DNA of 11,385 nt from Amoeboradix gromovi X-113. Taxonomy: Eukaryota; Fungi; Sanchytriomycota. The translations under genes were made by a program, and so were the position numbers. Location of the stretch: NCBI GenBank assembly GCA_018985225.1, contig JADGIF010000302.1, positions 1-11,385 on the forward strand. Reading direction: 5' to 3'. Below are positions 8,592-11,385 of this stretch, piece by piece. The notes beneath the pieces were generated by a model that ran no database searches, had not been told where the DNA came from, and was given only the letters and a program-made list of their open reading frames with translations. Each line of letters opens with the position of its first letter. The stretch's first letter is position 1.

Positions 8592-9520
8592 ACAGTGACA
8601 GGTTGGTAGTTTGGCTGGGGTGGCACATCTGTTAAAAGGTACGTAGGTGTCCTATGGGGAGCTCATTGAGAACAGAAATCTCAAGTAGAAGACAGGGGTA
8701 AAAGCTCCGTTGATTTTGGTGTTCAGAATGCACACAAACCATCAAAGTGTGGCCTAAGTATCCTTAATCTCCCTGGAGTCTAGGGCTTGAGGTGTCTGAA
8801 AAATTACTACAGTGGCAACTGCTTCTGGCATCCAAGCGTTCATAGTGACATCGCTTTTTGATCCTTCGATGTCGGCTCCTCCTATCATACCGAAGCAGAG
8901 TTCGGTAAGTGTCTGATTGTTCACCCCTAATAGGGAACGTGAGCTGGGTTTAGACGGTAGTGAGACAGGTTAGTTTTACCCTAATGATGGGTCGTCATCC
9001 GCACAGTAATTCAACCTAGTACTAGAGGAACCATTGGTTCGAGTCTCTGGTGTGTGCTCTTAGCTGGTAAGCTAGGGCAGCCCGGCTACGCTCGTAGGAT
9101 AACGGCTGAACGCCTCTAGGTCGGAACACACGCTGGAAGAGCACTCTTTTATTAAGCGGCGTAAGAGTCAAAGTAAGATGGCGGTTACGCAAACGAGATT
9201 GCTAAATCTTGTAGTTCGGGCTTCGTATTTAGTGGTGAACTGAACACAACCGTAAGCCATTTTGTGTCTTTAGAAGCGAGATGTAATCATAGATGTTGTC
9301 AACCGGATATGCCTATTATAGACGCAAAATCAAAAGATGAGAAATGTTGATGAAAAGTGAAAGTCGTCGTTTAGGAATAGAATTATGCTATTCCTACTCA
9401 GTACTGCATAAGAAATTATTGCGACAGTTAAATACAAGATATGCATTTACTCTCAAGTATAAGAGGATCGCATTCTTTCGAGATGTTGCTGAGATTTAAT
9501 CACTACTAGAATACGATCCA
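8592..9520 (+). pseudogene. Isolated 3' fragment of eukaryotic LSU (25S/28S) rRNA, domains V-VI, degenerate
   Basis: Matches conserved eukaryotic LSU strings agtttggctgggg.ggcacatctgttaaa, cttcgatgtcggctc, taatagggaacgtgagctgggtttagac, gtgagacaggttagttttacccta, ggctgaacgcctcta and the 3'-terminal tgctgagatt. No upstream LSU is visible and invariant motifs are mutated. The 3' boundary is approximate. Confidence 0.9.
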
Positions 9521-10409
9521 GTCAAATATTGATGATTCAGGACAACTCCAGAAGGGACGAAAAAAATAATTTGACAATAACTACCTTGTGGGTACAGCCT
9601 TCAAATACTCCAATGGCAGTATACTAAGAACTGAATACAAAAGTAGGGACCCGAAATGCAAGACTGCAAAGCAATCGGAAATTTTTAAACACTTTGCCAC
9701 GTTACAAGAGCGTTATAGAGATGATTTAGGGAGATGCTGCAGTATTGTCAGCTAAAAGATTGAATTTACGTGGGCTCGATTTAGAGCTTTTTAACCAGAA
9801 CGCTGTGATGACGCATTTAGGCTCCTGTAGTTTGCACGCGAATGTCTTTAACATTTAATATTATTTGCTTAAACAATACAATGCCTATATGATCTGATAC
9901 TTTGACTTAGCTTTTCTCTTTGATTCCAAGTATGATGTTCTCTATGAAAAATAGCTGATGTGAAGGTTGCATCCATAAACAGTCGAACAGTTAAATATTC
10001 GAGTGGATGACAACATCAATTATGTTGAATAAACTTTCAGTTATACTTTTGCATAATTCAAGGCTCTGGAGTAGCAGAAGCGGGCAACAAAAAGAGACAA
10101 TGAGCTACTCGATGACGGAGTAAAAAGCACTAGCACTAAATTATAGTAATCTTTTCAGCCTATTAAGCTGTGGATAAAATCATCATTCACGCCAGAAAAG
10201 TCATCAGAGGTTACATCACAACTTATAGAGTATCTAAGTGCTATCATCTGCCATAAAAATGACCAGCCTATTGTTAGGAGTCGTATTCTGCATTGATAGC
10301 TTCAATGTGGCCAATGACACATCTGCTCAAGGGATAATTGGAATCCTTAAAACTAACAAAGGTGATTTTTAGATAACTTTGGATTATTTGTTTCGTTGGA
10401 CATGAATCC

Positions 10410-10518
10410 CTCAAAACCAAGGAAATTATATGCCAGACAGTTCCACCAAAGTCACATAATCTACTTAAAATAGTTTACCATCTGGACTGAAAATAGACAA
10501 TGCACGATCATATGCTAT
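10410..10518 (-). pseudogene. PRE6: Relic of 20S proteasome alpha-4 subunit (Pre6/PSMA7) N-terminus
   Basis: Minus strand reads (I)AYDRALSIFSPDGKLF*VDYV, matching YDRALSIFSPDGxxFQVEYA. ATG has become ATA, the Gln codon is TAA (10465-10467), and a weak LGFE relic follows. Confidence 0.8.
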
Positions 10519-10731
10519 ATTGGAATGTCTCAAAAAACAAAATTTCAATTATTAGTACTGAATTGACTCATCATAGTTTGTAAAAAGGCGATATGCCTCA
10601 AGTTAGCAATAAATTGCTTTCAAATTTTTGCTAAGTTATAGATCACTTAATTCAAGGACCCCTATTTTAAAATATTAGTGTTTCTAATTTGGATTTTATT
10701 TGCAATCAAATTATGAAAACACCCTGAATAC

Positions 10732-11141
10732 TCAGTGAGTATTTATTCTTGGCACCTTCGCACCAAATGGTTGACATTTATACCACTTACATCGCGTAGA
10801 CTGGAAGGACATACCACAATATGTGCAACTATCTTTAGCAAATATTGCTGATGACTCTACCTTTGTAAATAGTCGAACATAAAAATTAATGCACTGGCAC
10901 AACAATGGTAGAACCACCTTTTTTAATCGATTAGCATTGTCTACCACACCTTTCAACACAAGTGTTAACGCATGCTCATGACTGAAATCAGAATGAGAAG
11001 CCATTCCACCATATTTCATGAAATTCGATTCTGGTTATCTGCCACCGGCTAGTGTCAGCATATATATGCAAGTGATGCATATCAAACCACCCTGTTTGGA
11101 TTTTTTACTGTGTTGTCTATAAATGGCGAACAAGTTACATA
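10732..11141 (-). pseudogene. TRM1: Disrupted tRNA (guanine-26-N2,N2)-dimethyltransferase fragment
   Basis: YVTCSPFIDNTVK/SKQGGLICITCIYMLTLAGGR*PESNFMKYGG...HEHALTLVL...ANRLKKVVLPLL...FYVRLF matches Trm1 (DP)YGSxSPFLDxAV..GGLLxVTCTDxxxLAG..PExCFxxYG..HExALR..FYVRVF. There is a 1-nt frameshift at about 11101-11106 and a stop at 11035-11037. Confidence 0.88.
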
Positions 11142-11385
11142 TGGGACACCAAATATAAAAACTAGACTAACTCGTTTTTAAAGAAGGTACACCATACAGA
11201 GGAAATGCTATCATTAATAAAAGATCTTCTGTTATACCAAGACTCTTTCATTACTTTCAATCCCCTCTTCAAAATAAAACTAGAAGACCCTGCATCTCTT
11301 TCAAATACATGAGGTCTTTGAGCATCTAAGCAAAAGGTGCATTTTCTTAGACGGTAATCTTTTCTAGAGTCATTTTGTAATGTTA
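11142..11385 (-). mobile_element. Right end of family B TIR element (copy 2), extends beyond window
   Basis: TIR 11142-11167 is followed on the minus strand by TA. About 190 bp aligns with 6945-7126. It abuts the TRM1 relic directly. Confidence 0.85.
11162..11383 (-). CDS. C-terminal 73 aa of a putative Fanzor1-like nuclease (5' part outside window)
   Basis: Open frame TLQNDSRKDYRLRKCTFCLDAQRPHVFERDAGSSSFILKRGLKVMKESWYNRRSFINDSISSVWCTFFKNELV*. CxxC followed by hxxRD...IL mirrors the Fanzor C-terminal zinc knuckle plus RuvC-III. The family assignment is by motif analogy. Confidence 0.6.
   Translation of the reverse strand, partial: TLQNDSRKDYRLRKCTFCLDAQRPHVFERDAGSSSFILKRGLKVMKESWYNRRSFINDSISSVWCTFFKNELV

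Noticed and set aside
10465-10467. TAA at a conserved Gln of proteasome alpha-4, suggesting a TAA/TAG=Gln code as in some aphelids
   Set aside because: The Gln-rich 486-aa ORF, DUS4 and AOX have no internal TAA/TAG and terminate at TAA. The relic has also lost its ATG and its downstream homology.
6727-10518. RIP-like C-to-T signature (TIR mismatches, ATG to ATA, CAA to TAA)
   Set aside because: There are too few sites, the dinucleotide contexts are mixed, and the rRNA fragment shows many transversions.
4081-11141. Functional tRNA-modification cluster (DUS4 plus TRM1)
   Set aside because: The genes are about 6 kb apart with unrelated sequence between them, and TRM1 is a pseudogene. The pairing is probably coincidence.
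6727-11167. Three ~26-bp repeats as a CRISPR-like array
   Set aside because: They are widely spaced, in mixed orientation and explained as terminal inverted repeats.

Overview
AT-rich, gene-dense eukaryotic window that looks like a compact early-diverging fungal-type genome (standard code, a 19-nt spliceosomal intron, divergent LSU rRNA); the taxonomy is inference only. Apparently intact genes are a 486-aa coiled-coil protein with a C-terminal membrane anchor, two orphan ORFs, DUS4 and alternative oxidase. The rest is decayed material: a frameshifted secreted Cys/Trp-repeat protein, a 3' fragment of 28S rRNA with damaged catalytic motifs, and relics of proteasome alpha-4 and TRM1. The main hidden signal is four remnants of two different TnpB/Fanzor-like RNA-guided nuclease elements. 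Family A (Fanzor2-like; 1-398 + and 3394-4026 -) shares a structured 3' end. Family B is a TIR-bounded, TA-flanked element with an atypical RuvC-III-like motif. It occurs as a 398-bp internally deleted copy preceded by CATA (6727-7124) and as a copy with an open frame running off the window, inserted at the DPYG motif of TRM1 (11142-11385 -). All assignments are by eye, with no database search.
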